This document shows positions 52,901 through 64,000 of a DNA stretch of 64,000 nt, piece by piece. This DNA is from Octopus sinensis (taxonomy: Eukaryota). The DNA lies in assembly GCF_006345805.1 (NCBI RefSeq), contig NC_043009.1, forward strand, positions 36,084,001 to 36,148,000. The letters run 5' to 3'. Made by a program: the position numbers and the translations under genes. The notes under the pieces were generated by a model. That model was not told the origin of the DNA. It did no database searches and saw nothing but the letters and a program-made list of their open reading frames with translations. Numbering within the stretch: position 1 is the first letter of the stretch; each line of letters begins with the position of its first letter.

Positions 52901-53582
52901 CAACCTACTTTCAAGAGTTACTTCCCCTGAATATTTTACTGGACAACTTTTATAATTGAAATTTATTAAATTTCTAACATTCCTTCTTTTGCATATTTAT
53001 AATTACTTTGATCAAAACAAGAGACTGGGGGAGAATTGTTTATTATTTCAAGCTGCATCAACGATTGAATTCAGCTCTCATCGAAAACCTTATGACTGAA
53101 GTCGATTGAATGAATTGATGTGTTCTTCAAGTGCCCCATATCTTTTCGTTGTCGACTTTTTATCACTCGGTACAGATGCGTTCTTGTGACTATCCTAACA
53201 TTTTTATGCCATAGTGCATCGAGGACTACTCTCTCCGGTGACTTCTTCCTTAAGACGATGAGAATTTAGGGAGAATGAGCTATTATCTTTTGGGGTGTTA
53301 AGAGATTGTACGAAATACCCAATTTTTTTTTTATGTCGGTCATGAGCCGAACGATCAGCCTTATGACCAAAGACGTTCCAACTGCGGCCATCTCGACGTT
53401 TTTTTACATCCAAAAAGAAAAATTTCAATGTGTCCTTACAATTTAAAACAGTAACACTCTTCTTCTTCTTCTTCTTCTTCTTCTTCTTCTTCTTGTAGGA
53501 GACCAGGCTCTTAGACCTCCATCATCCTGCCCAATGTTAATGAGTTAAGTATTTCTGTAGTCACCTGCTAAGACCATCCAGT

Positions 53583-53655
<73 letters not shown>

Positions 53656-53733
53656 CTCTATCTATCTATCTGTCTATCTCTCTGTCTGTCTGTCATCTCT
53701 ATATTTACCTGTGTGTCTCACTTTATCTCTGTC

Positions 53734-53790
<57 letters not shown>

Positions 53791-54862
53791 TATCTATCTC
53801 TCTCTCTCTCCATCTGCCTTTCTCTCCTCCTCCTCCTCCTCTTCTTTCTCCTCCTTGGCTTCCACTTCCTTCCACTTCACAATTTGTCGCTAACTTTTCA
53901 AATCCAATAAACTGAACCTATTCCCTTCTTAAGTTGTTAAAAAGCTTTCTCTTTAATTTCTGCATATCTAATTATATCGATTTTTGTCAGTCTGTATCGA
54001 ACATCTTTAGCAGACCTATCACGTTTTATCGTTAACTAATCTGTTTCGTATCGTTGGTGACCATCATCACCGACCTTGGAGTCTTCTAATTTTGTTCAAT
54101 TACATAGTACTATTTAGTTAGATCCGCCTATATTTTGAGTTCAAATCCGTCTGAGGTCGACTTCGCTTGGTAATATCCAGGGTTCGAGAGAATAAATACC
54201 AATCAACTATAGGTTGTGTATTCTATAATTCCTGGATTATAAAATGTGGCCACCTCGAGTTCAATTCATTTATTAAATTCAAAATTCATTAAATGTTGAT
54301 TGATGGGGAAGGCTTTTTTGTTGAGTAACGTAAGTCTTAGTCAGATTTTATTGAATAATATCTCGAGCCAAAACGGGGTCTCAAAAATTTTTAGAATGCC
54401 AAGAAAAATCATTATATACCTGTAAAGATATGTTGAAGTTGTTTAATTTTGACCAGATATCGATACTGAGACAGGTCTTTTTTTTTCAGATCTAGATAGC
54501 ATTGTCTCTAACATGACATTTTCTGTCATTTACGACAAGTCCGTTTTTGTCACGTACGTCACACTAGTTAAATGAGAATTGTGACCACAGACACTGTTGT
54601 CCAGCAAACCGATTAACAATTGTTTGAAACTTCAAGGTCAATGTATATAAACACCTCGAGGATTTTTAAGCTGCTCTAGAGAAATTCAGAGGAATTAGCA
54701 GTAAGCATGTTCAGCTGAAAAGAGTTATTTTGTGTGATGTCATGTTCTTCACAGCTTTGGAGTCTACTTCAAAAACTTCAACGGTACCTGTGTAGTATGT
54801 GATCTACATACATGTTTCTCGTATAGCTTGTGATCAACATTTGTTCAAATGGTATAGTTTTA

Positions 54863-55335
54863 AGGCGGCGAGCTGACAGAAACGTTGGCACGCAGGGCGA
54901 AATGCTTAGCGGTATTTCGTCTGCCGCTACGTTCTGAGTTCAAATTCCGCCGAGGTCGACTTTGCCTTTCATCCTTTCGGGGCCGATTAAATAAGTACCT
55001 ATTTCTTTACTACCCACAAGGGGCTAAACACAGGGGGACAAACAAGGACAGACAAATGGATTAAGTCGATTACATCGACCCCAGTGCGTAACTGGTATTT
55101 ATTTAATCGACCCCGAAAGGATGAAAGTCAAAGTCTACATCGGCGGAATTTGAACTCAGAACGTAGCGGCAGACGAAATACCGCTGAGCATTTTGTCCGG
55201 TGTGCTAACGTCTCTGCCAGCTCGATTAAATAAGTACCAGTTACGCACTGGGGTCGATATAATCGACTTAATCCGTTTGTCTGTCTTTGTTTGTCCTCTC
55301 TGTGTTTAGCTCCTTGTGGGTAGTAAAGAAATAGA
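54863..55335. mobile_element. Family B SINE (+) with a second family B SINE inserted in the opposite orientation
   Basis: The inner copy is 55000-55223 (-), flanked by the 15-bp TSD GATTAAATAAGTACC at 54985-54999 and 55224-55238. Confidence 0.9.
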
Positions 55336-55721
55336 AATAGGTATAGTTTGTGATATACACCGACTTTTTGATCTACATTTAAAATTCATCTATTTACTCG
55401 ACTTCCGGTTAGTTTGGTATATAAACCAAAACAATTTTTATGATTTAAACATTTTTAGTCCTGAGCCCGCTGAAAGAAGCCGTGACGAGAGCAAAAGAAT
55501 TTTACACACAGGTTTTTCGAAATAAAGAAGTTGCAATAGAATAATTTCTCCGGCGCTATGACCTCCTTGTTTAACTCACTCCTCTAATTATAATTACAAA
55601 TTTCTAACAGAATTTTGAATGTAAATCACAAGCTAGTCTAGATTTAAGTTACCGTAGATCACAACGACATGCAGATCACGTAATACACCGGCACCACTTC
55701 AATATATATTCCAAGTAAAAT

Positions 55722-55955
55722 AAGGCGGCGAGCTGGCAGAAACGTTAGCGCGCCGGGCGAAATGCTTAGCGGTATTTCGTCTGTCGTTACGTTCTGAGTT
55801 CAAATTCCACCGAGGTCGACTTTGCCTTTCATCCTTTCAGGGTCGATAAATAAAGTACCAGTTTCGCACTGGGTCGTTGTAATCGACTTAATCCCTTTGT
55901 CTGTCCTTGTTTGTCCCCTCTATGTTTAGCCCCTTGTGAGTAGTAAAGAAATATG
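55722..55955 (+). mobile_element. Family B SINE, full length
   Basis: AAGGCGGCGAGCTGGCAGAAACG...AGTAAAGAAATA; near-perfect TSD TATAT(T/C)CCAAGTAAAA. Confidence 0.9.
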
Positions 55956-56356
55956 TATATCCCAAGTAAAAACCAAAAATGTTTCTTGCTTGCCTCGGGA
56001 AAAGGAATTAATACAATACTTGTAAATGTCTAGGATCTACAGCTTTCATAATTCGTTTCTGACTGTCATGTACGTCACTCGAAAACAGCCTTCTAAATTA
56101 AAATATCGTGTCTTCAAAGGCGATAAACATTTGCATCAGTATTATAAAAGAAAATGTGAAGGGAGACTAACTCATGTTGTGAGTATTCTCCCTTACATTA
56201 TTGTGAATCTCAAAAATTCCATTATACATCAAACAATTGAAGACTTTTCAGCTACGACATATTATATCTTTTATTCCGAAATAATCTATAGATCCTTGTG
56301 ATTTTCGTCACTGTTTACAATTATCTTTAAAGGAAACTTTTTTTTAATACATCATA

Positions 56357-56780
56357 TAGGCGCAGGAGTGACTGTGTGGTAAGTAGCTTGCTAACCAACC
56401 ACATGGTTCCGGGTTCAGTCCCACTGCGTGGCATCTTGGGCAAGTGTCTTCAGCTATAGCCCCGGGCCGACCAATGCCTTGTGAGTGAATTTGGTAGACG
56501 GAAACTGAAAGAAGCCTGTCGTATATATGTATATATATATGAGTGTGTGTGTTTGTGTGTCTGTGTTTGTCCCCCTAGCATTGCTTGACAACCGATGCTG
56601 GTGTGTTTACGTCCCCGTCACTTAGCGGTTCGGCAAAAGAGACCGATAGAATAAGTACTGGGCTTACAAAGAATAAGTCCCGGGGTTGATTTGCTCGACT
56701 AAAGGCGGTGCTCCAGCATGGCCGCAGTCAAATGACTGAAACAAGTAAAAAGAGTAAAAAGAGTAAAAAGAGTAAAAGAG
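56357..56780 (+). mobile_element. Family A SINE, full length
   Basis: TAGGCGCAGGAGTGACTGTGTGG... ending in an (AAAAGAGT)n tail. Confidence 0.92.
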
Positions 56781-57089
56781 TATATAGATGTAATTTTTGA
56801 CGCTGATTCCAAATTTGGAATCTAGTCTTTCTCATTCGCCAAAGGAGTCACCCCCACCTTAATTTTGCTCAGATTGCTTTCAATTTCGGTGTATCGATGC
56901 AACTCTGAATTTTGATTACGATCAACCAATCACTTTATCTCGTAAATGAAATAATCTGATGTTATTTGGAATTAAAGTTGGGAAAATTGGGTAATTTTAG
57001 CCAATCAACAGACAGCGTGTCATTAGCTGCTTGTTACCATGACAACCGCACGCTGCGCTCGGGTTCACTATTGTCTGCGCGGTTGCTGT

Positions 57090-57320
57090 CCGGCGAACTG
57101 GCAGAAACGTTAGCGCGCCGGGCGAAATGCTTAGCGGTATTTTGTCTGCCGCTACGTTCTGAGTTCAAATTCCGCCGAGGTCGACTTTGCCTTTCATCCT
57201 TTCGGGGTCGATTAAATAAGTACCAGTTACGCACTGGGGTCGATGTCATCGACTTAATCCGTTTGTCTGTCCTTGTTTGTCCCCTCTATGTTTAGCCCCT
57301 TGTGGGTAGTAAAGAAATAG
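57090..57320 (+). mobile_element. Family B SINE, full length
   Basis: GGCGAACTGGCAGAAACGTTAGCGCGCCGGGCG...CCCTTGTGGGTAGTAAAGAAATAG. Confidence 0.9.
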
Positions 57321-57501
57321 GTTGCTGTCTATGCTGTCAATTCTTCACACCACGAGATTCTTTGTGTTTTGTTTTAATTTTTCTGTGCGTTAGTATTTTC
57401 AAAATTATATTAATGTTACAAATTTTTTAAAATAATAAAACCATACAATCAATGAAAAGACAAAAGAAACAGTAAGATGATACATGTTGATTTTATTAGG
57501 T

Positions 57502-57936
57502 ACTAGCAGTATCGCCCGGCGTTGCTCGGGTTTGTAAGGGAAATAACTATATAAGCATTTTTAGAGATGTAAAGTATAATAGCCATCTCAATATGGCTAA
57601 CCACAAAGGGGGGGGGGGGTTACTGTAGCTTCTTACGTTCTGAGATTTAATAATACATTTTTAGAGAGTTACTTCCCTTATATAAACCGAGCGAAAATGC
57701 ATTAAAAATGTGAAAAATTGATGGTAAATTTTTTTTTAAATCGTAGACTCATCGTAGACTCATCGTAGACTCATCGTAGACTCATCGTAGACGCGCGCTA
57801 ATACCCAGAAGGGCTCAATATGGATCACGACTATAAGATACCTACTTTTGGTTACACTGCACCGCAAAATGTGGGAGTAGTTAGGAATTTAAATCGTAGG
57901 AGACAGACACACAACTTCACTTTTATATATAAAGAT
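57502..57936 (+). mobile_element. Non-autonomous Helentron/HINE (DINE-1-like) element
   Basis: 5' ACTAGCAGTATCGCCCGGCGTTGCTCGGG (subterminal IR-like), an internal 11-bp tandem (ATCGTAGACTC)x4.8 at 57740-57792, and 3' ACAGACACACAACTTCACTTTTATATATAAAGAT followed by TT. No TSD is visible. Confidence 0.7.
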
Positions 57937-58394
57937 TTCTGTTATTCAGACGTAATAATTATATAGCTGAAATAAACATCAGAAATGCTTTGCCCCACGC
58001 AGAAACTGCAAGAGCTACTCAAAAGTTTTGACTGAGCTGAAATTTAGGGTTACGCCCAACTTCTTTCACACGAACTTATTGCACAACCTTTGCTTTGACT
58101 CGAGGCATGAAAAAGTCGTCAAGCAAAAATGGCCTCTGATGTCTGGGTATGATACCACACAGGAAGCACCATACTTTGAACCTTCCAAATAACTGGATTT
58201 TGTCAAATATCCTTACCCAGTTGCCTCGTTGGGTTTTCGTGTTTTCAGCATTGCAAATATCCTTAAGAGAGAGAGAATGTGTGTTTGGTGTTTGGTGTGC
58301 TTATATATATTTATAAACATATACATGTATGTGTGTGTGTGTATGTGTGTGTGTGTTGTGTGTGTGCGTGTGTGTGTGTATATATATATATATC

Positions 58395-58425
<31 letters not shown>

Positions 58426-58440
58426 TATATATACATAATT

Positions 58441-59643
58441 CAACAATCAAGGAACGGCCATAATAGGCCATTCACCCACTAGAAATAACAGCCAAAGCTT
58501 CAACCGCAAATAAAAATCAATTCCGTAAACCAGGAGAAAATTTAAAAAACATTTACCCTGTAATTTCTTATACGATGCACCGTTCATCTGCTGTTTAATG
58601 TAAACTAACCTGATAAATTAAATCAAGCCAATCTTCATAGGCCTCAGATTCTTCAGTAAGAATAGCCCAAGTCGGAAAGATATTTTCACGAGGCATTTCC
58701 GACCCGAAAGGTAATATCTGACCTAAAATTTCAAATCATCGCACTCGCGCCAAATTTATCGGCAGCAAATAAATATAAGCCGTCGATTCCATTACGGAAT
58801 TAACCAGAAAATTCAAATTAATCAATATAGGGTGGCCCTGAAGAATCTGAGGCCTATGGAAGATTGGCTTGATTAATTTAACAGGTTAGTTACCATTAAA
58901 CAGCAGATGAAACGGTGCATCGTATAAGAAATAAGGGTAAGGTAAATGTTTTTTAAATTTTTCGTGCGTTTACGGAATTGTTTTATTTGCGGTTGAAGCT
59001 TTGGCTGTTATTCTAGTGGGTGAATGGCCTATTATGGCCGTTCCTTGATTGTTGATGTTGAACTTAAAAATGGTCTATGACTATTATTTTTTCCCACTAG
59101 GCGCTTGTGGTGGCAAAAAATTTATTCTAAAAATTTTTTTTTTGCCACCCTATATGATTCTTTAATTATGAATTTTCTGTTAATTCCGTAATGGAATCGA
59201 CGGCTTATATTTATTTGCTCTGCGATAATTTGGCGCGAGTGCGATGATTGAAAATTTTAGGTCAGATATTACCTTGGCAGGGTCGGAAATGCCTCGTGAA
59301 ATATATGTTCCGACTGGGCTATTTCTACTGAAGAATCTGAGGGCCTATGGAAGATTGGCTTGATTTAATTTAATCAGGTTAGTTTACCATTAAACAGCAG
59401 ATATGAAACGGTGCATCGTATAGAAATTACAGGGTAAATGTTTTTTTAATTTTCTCCTGGTTTACGGAATTGATTTTTATTTGCGGTTGAAGCTTTGGCT
59501 GTTATTCTAGTGGGTGAATGGCTTATTATGGCCGTTCCTTGATTGTTGATGTTGAACTTAAAAATGGTCTAGATTATTAATTTTTTCCACTAGGCGCTGG
59601 TGGCAAAAAAATTCTACAAAATATTTTTTTTTGCCACCCTATA
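58441..59643. repeat. Inverted plus tandem triplication of an approximately 0.49-kb unit
   Basis: 58441-58836 (+), 58838-59154 (partial, -) and 59155-59643 (-). The copies differ mainly by 1-2 nt indels. Confidence 0.9.
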
Positions 59644-59828
59644 TTGATAAAAATAAATATATCATATATATATATACGCACACGCACACACCACACAAAC
59701 ATATATATATATATACATTTTATATATATATATATATAAAATAATAAGGGTGAAAAATTGAATATAAATTTGATCAATATCAATTTAAAACCAGTGGTCT
59801 AAGATTTTTCAATTATACATATATATAA

Positions 59829-59883
<55 letters not shown>

Positions 59884-61349
59884 ATATTATATATATAATA
59901 TATATATATATAATATATATATATATATGATAAAAGAAGCAAATGCACACAGTTTACATAGTTTTAATATATTTTGAATGAAAGAATATTGTGGTTGTCG
60001 GCCGGTTTCGTTTTCGCTAATCATGAAATTGAAATTATCGTGATTCGTATTTTCTTAAGAGGTTTAAGTCTACGTTCTTGCATGAAAGTTTTTGAATGAA
60101 TCAACGAGTAGAAAATCTAAGGCGAGGTAATTGGTGATAGTTATTATTCGGGACAGGGGAGGTAATTGCTCATCGGGGGGGGGGGATAAATAAACATACA
60201 AAAACTCGTGAGCTAAAATAGTGAGATGAAATATATATAGTGATGGATATATAATCATGAATTAAAATATAAACTGAGACCAAAGTTGGTTATGCATTCA
60301 TAATTAGGCGTGTTCTGTATTTTTCGATAAATAAAGTTTCTTAATTTAAACATTCTTGTATAGAAATTGTTTCATTGCACTGGTAGAGGGAGGAACTGTG
60401 AAATTTTGTTGGAGATTCCCTGCACATCGCCCTATGTGTTCACTCAAATGTATCTGTCTATACCTTGGGAAACAGATCTGTTCCTTATACAGTGTGGTTC
60501 TTGATCTATGTGACATACTTGTCTGTCGTATATAGTTGTGTCCACAACATGAATAAGTTATAACATATATTAACTACGTTATGGTTTATATATCAGTGGC
60601 GACTCCGGTACTCGGGTGTTCGGGCTTACCCCGAGTATAAATTTAGTAGAGTGAACATGTTTTTGTAAGCTGATTTAATTTCTGCCAACACTGACTTCAA
60701 GTATGCAACTGCAGCCAATAACTCGGCTCCTTTTATTGAGCCTGGCTGCAGTTTATTTATTTTCGTTCAGCGTCTGGCGGTCGTCTTGTCAAAAGATATT
60801 ATTTGTAACAGACGTTCTCTCAACATCGTTCACATGCGCCTGACTCGGGCTCAGAAGTTACAGCCCGAGTTGTTATCTAAAATCGTAAAACTTAAAAGTA
60901 ATTCAAATATAATTTTTCTTGAAACAATAAATTTCTAAGGAGATTAGGATTTAAATTCCAATCTATGAAATGTTTCCGTTTACAATATCCTTAAAGGAAT
61001 GAAAAATTATTTAGCAACTTGGGCTAATACGAACGAGCCTGGTAGGTGTAAAAGACTAACTGGCATCTCTTGTCAAGAGGACAGGAGAGTCAGATCGCTG
61101 ATGTTTGTTGTGTACTCTGCTGTCATTATTTGATTGCTGTTATTCTGTGCGTTTGGGTGTAAAGATCATTTTTTTTTTTTTTTTTTTTGCAGGATTGCTT
61201 AATTATTACCTTTAAATGGAGGTGCTAGATATAAAAAAAAAGCCATTCGGAGTTAGTAATACAGCGGAAAAGCGTGAAATTCTTCGAGCAAACATGTGTC
61301 TTATGCGAAATCTATGAGCGCGAGTGACGCTGATGATCGAAGTCACCTC

Positions 61350-61356
61350 TGATTAT

Positions 61357-61388
<32 letters not shown>

Positions 61389-61621
61389 GTATATATATAT
61401 TGTGTGTGGTGTTGTGTGTGTATATACATATATATATACACATATATATACATATATATATATATACATACATACATACATACATACATACATACGTACG
61501 CACGTACGTACATACATACATACGTACGTACGTACGTACATACATACATACGTACGTACGTACGTACGTACGTACATACATACATACATACATACATCCA
61601 TAGATAGATAGATAGATAGAT

Positions 61622-61694
<73 letters not shown>

Positions 61695-61695
61695 T
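61350..61695. repeat. Compound microsatellite (CA)n/(TA)n/(TACA)n/(TACG)n/(TAGA)n
   Basis: Direct reading. Confidence 0.95.
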
Positions 61696-61905
61696 ACTCT
61701 TTTTTTTACTCCTTTTACTTGATTCAATAATTTGACAGCGGCTATGCTGAAGCACCGCCTTTAGTCAAACGAATCGGCTCCCAGGACTTCTCTTTGTAAG
61801 CATAGTACTTATTCTATCGTCTCTTTTGCCATACCGCCAAGTTACGGGGACGTAAACACACCAGCATCGGGGACAAACACAGACACACAAACATATACAC
61901 ACACT

Positions 61906-61988
<83 letters not shown>

Positions 61989-62135
61989 GACGGGCTTCTT
62001 TCGTTTACCAAATCCAATCCAAAGCTGTGGGGGGCCGAGGCTATAGTAGAAGACACTTGCCCAAGGTGCTACGCAGTGGGACTGAACCCGGAACCATGTG
62101 ATTGGTAAGCAAGCTACTTACAACACACCCACTCC
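61695..62135 (-). mobile_element. Family A SINE, indel-rich copy
   Basis: Same landmarks as the other family A copies with many small indels. Confidence 0.8.
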
Positions 62136-62136
62136 T

Positions 62137-62352
62137 GGCAGAAACGTCAGTACGCCGGGCGAAATGCGTAGCCGTATTTCGTCTGCCGTTACGTTCTGAG
62201 TTCGAATTCTGTCGAGGTCGACTTTGCCGTTCATCCTTTCGGGGGCGATAAATTAAGCGCCAGTTACGCACTGGGGTCGATGTAATCGACTTAATCCGTT
62301 TGTCTGTCCTTGTTGTCCCCTCTGTGTTTAGCTCCTTGTGGGTAGTATAGAA
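62137..62352 (+). mobile_element. Family B SINE
   Basis: GGCAGAAACGTCAGTACGCCGGGCG...CTTGTGGGTAGTATAGAAAT. Confidence 0.85.
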
Positions 62353-62362
62353 ATATATATAT

Positions 62363-62412
<50 letters not shown>

Positions 62413-62543
62413 ATAAAACTTTATATATAGAGAACGTGAATTACACGAATTGACGAACACGGAAAACTGGACAGTCATTCAGAGCCTTCATTCTTCAGTC
62501 AGAAACCTATTCATCATGGCAAATTTCGGCTGATATATATATA

Positions 62544-62575
<32 letters not shown>

Positions 62576-63089
62576 ATATATATATATATATATACATTCA
62601 TTTCTCTTTTTGCATTGGATCTAGTTTTCTTCATTCGCAAAATATACATTTCTTAAAAGGAAGTTAAATTATCTGAAAAATGGCTATAATAATGTCGCCT
62701 TCCAGCCTCATTGCTTTGAAAGTATTATATTGTGGAAAGAAGAATGGAGAGAGGTTTAAAAATCGGGAAAAAAAAAAACCCTGAGTATTTTTAGCCAATA
62801 GCGCGACAGAAATTTTCTGCGTTTAGCGGACCGGTGTCAACTTTAAGATTGTACCTGTAAAATTTAGAGTTTAGCATCTGACCTGTTCATTCTAGGTTTC
62901 TAAATAAACAGAAATACCTAATAAAATCAACATGTATCATCTTACTATTTCTTATGTCTTTTCGTTGATTACATATTTTTTCAAATTTGTTGTATTAATT
63001 ATATTTGTATGCATGTGTTTACATTATGCGTATTTCAGCATTATGTATACCTGTCATGTATTTGTGTACATCATTAATATATAAGTGCA

Positions 63090-63125
<36 letters not shown>

Positions 63126-63204
63126 AAAAGGGGGCGTCTGTCTCCCAAACTCCAAAGTTGAGTAACGTTTTCATGCTTGGATTTGTAAACTACGATAAGA
63201 ATAA

Positions 63205-63493
63205 CACTGGTCAACAAAGAATTTGTCCCAAGGAAAAGAATACCTGTATCTTATATGTTTTTGCATGCAGAATTCAAAAATAATGTCAAATTATCTGATC
63301 ATGCACAGTTTCTCTGTTCTTGTTACGTGGGCTAAATTTCAGTTAAGCTGTCGAAATGTGAAGGTACCAGCTTAAGAAATACTCCTAATTAAAATTTTTG
63401 CTAATAGAATTAACCTAGTGAAATCATAAATCCAGCTAACTGAGTCAATGAGTCCCAAAAATATATGAAGTGAAAAATATGTTAAAAATGCCA
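63205..63493 (+). mobile_element. Second Chapaev3-like terminus, running into the gap
   Basis: TAA|CACTGGTCAACA has the same first 12 nt as 3925 and again a TWA target. The subterminal GCAGAATTCAAAAATAATGTC resembles GTATTGATTCCGAAAATGACC at about 3985. Confidence 0.65.
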
Positions 63494-63593
63494 NNNNNNN
63501 NNNNNNNNNNNNNNNNNNNNNNNNNNNNNNNNNNNNNNNNNNNNNNNNNNNNNNNNNNNNNNNNNNNNNNNNNNNNNNNNNNNNNNNNNNNNN
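63494..63593. other. Assembly gap (100 N)
   Basis: Run of N. Confidence 1.
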
Positions 63594-63803
63594 TAGACGA
63601 AAGCCCTACCTATTTATGGCTGGCTCTTGCCTATAGAGAACATCCATAGGCAATCGCCCGCATAATCTCTAGATACGGTCAGCTTGCACCAACAGAGTAC
63701 TTGTGAGGATATGACAGTGCAGCTCAGTACATACACTGGTCAATTTGTCAAACCGTAGAAAAATAATTGGTGGGAATAAACACCACTAGTTATGCAGATT
63801 GCT

Positions 63804-64000
63804 GAAGTTATCATCCTTTGGAATTTCAGTTTTAGACTATTCGGGAAATTCAGGCTAACCGACCAGATATCATTGTGAAAAATCCTGTTGAAAAGATACG
63901 TTATTTCATGGATGTTTCAGCTCCTGCGGACAAAACCATATCTCTGGAAACGTTGGAAAAAGTGAGCAAATATAAAGACATGGAGTCAGAAATTAGAAGG
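63804..64000 (+). mobile_element. R4/Dong-type RLE endonuclease fragment (continues beyond the window)
   Basis: IILWNF...EIQANRPDIIVKN...YFMDVSAPADK.ISL..LEK.SKYKDME.EI (PD..D..K motif). Confidence 0.8.

Noticed and set aside
57740-57792. Short direct-repeat array as CRISPR-like
   Set aside because: Contiguous 11-bp units with no spacers, in a eukaryotic transposon context.

Overview
AT-rich eukaryotic DNA packed with microsatellites and layered transposon fossils. The repeat families resemble those of coleoid cephalopods, most likely Octopus (inference from recognised repeat sequences, not from a search). One host protein-coding gene is supportable: a PPP1R35-like centriolar/PP1-regulatory gene on the + strand, with three coding exons (45382-45990, 48658-48771, 50554-50745; 304 aa) and a likely promoter at about 43.45 kb. 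The rest consists of several tRNA-derived SINE families and fragments of HERO-, R4/Dong-, Tx1-, RTE- and CR1-type LINEs, Penelope-like elements (PLEs), a BEL/Pao LTR element, Chapaev3, Tc1/mariner and a HINE/Helentron-like element. There is one 100-N gap. Almost all ORF-track entries made of IY/CV/TH/LSIY repeats are microsatellite artefacts. The most interesting signals are: (i) a head-to-head pair of tRNA-headed SINE-like elements, each carrying a minimal type I hammerhead ribozyme, inside a PPP1R35 intron, plus three related hammerhead-like motifs elsewhere; (ii) a Tx1 element that keeps both ends and ORF1 but has lost nearly all of ORF2 in frame; (iii) a 3' end shared between a Tx1 LINE and an abundant SINE; (iv) a triple fold-back PLE complex containing its own empty site for a mariner insertion; (v) long inverted-repeat hairpins in the PPP1R35 pre-mRNA that are candidate ADAR substrates.
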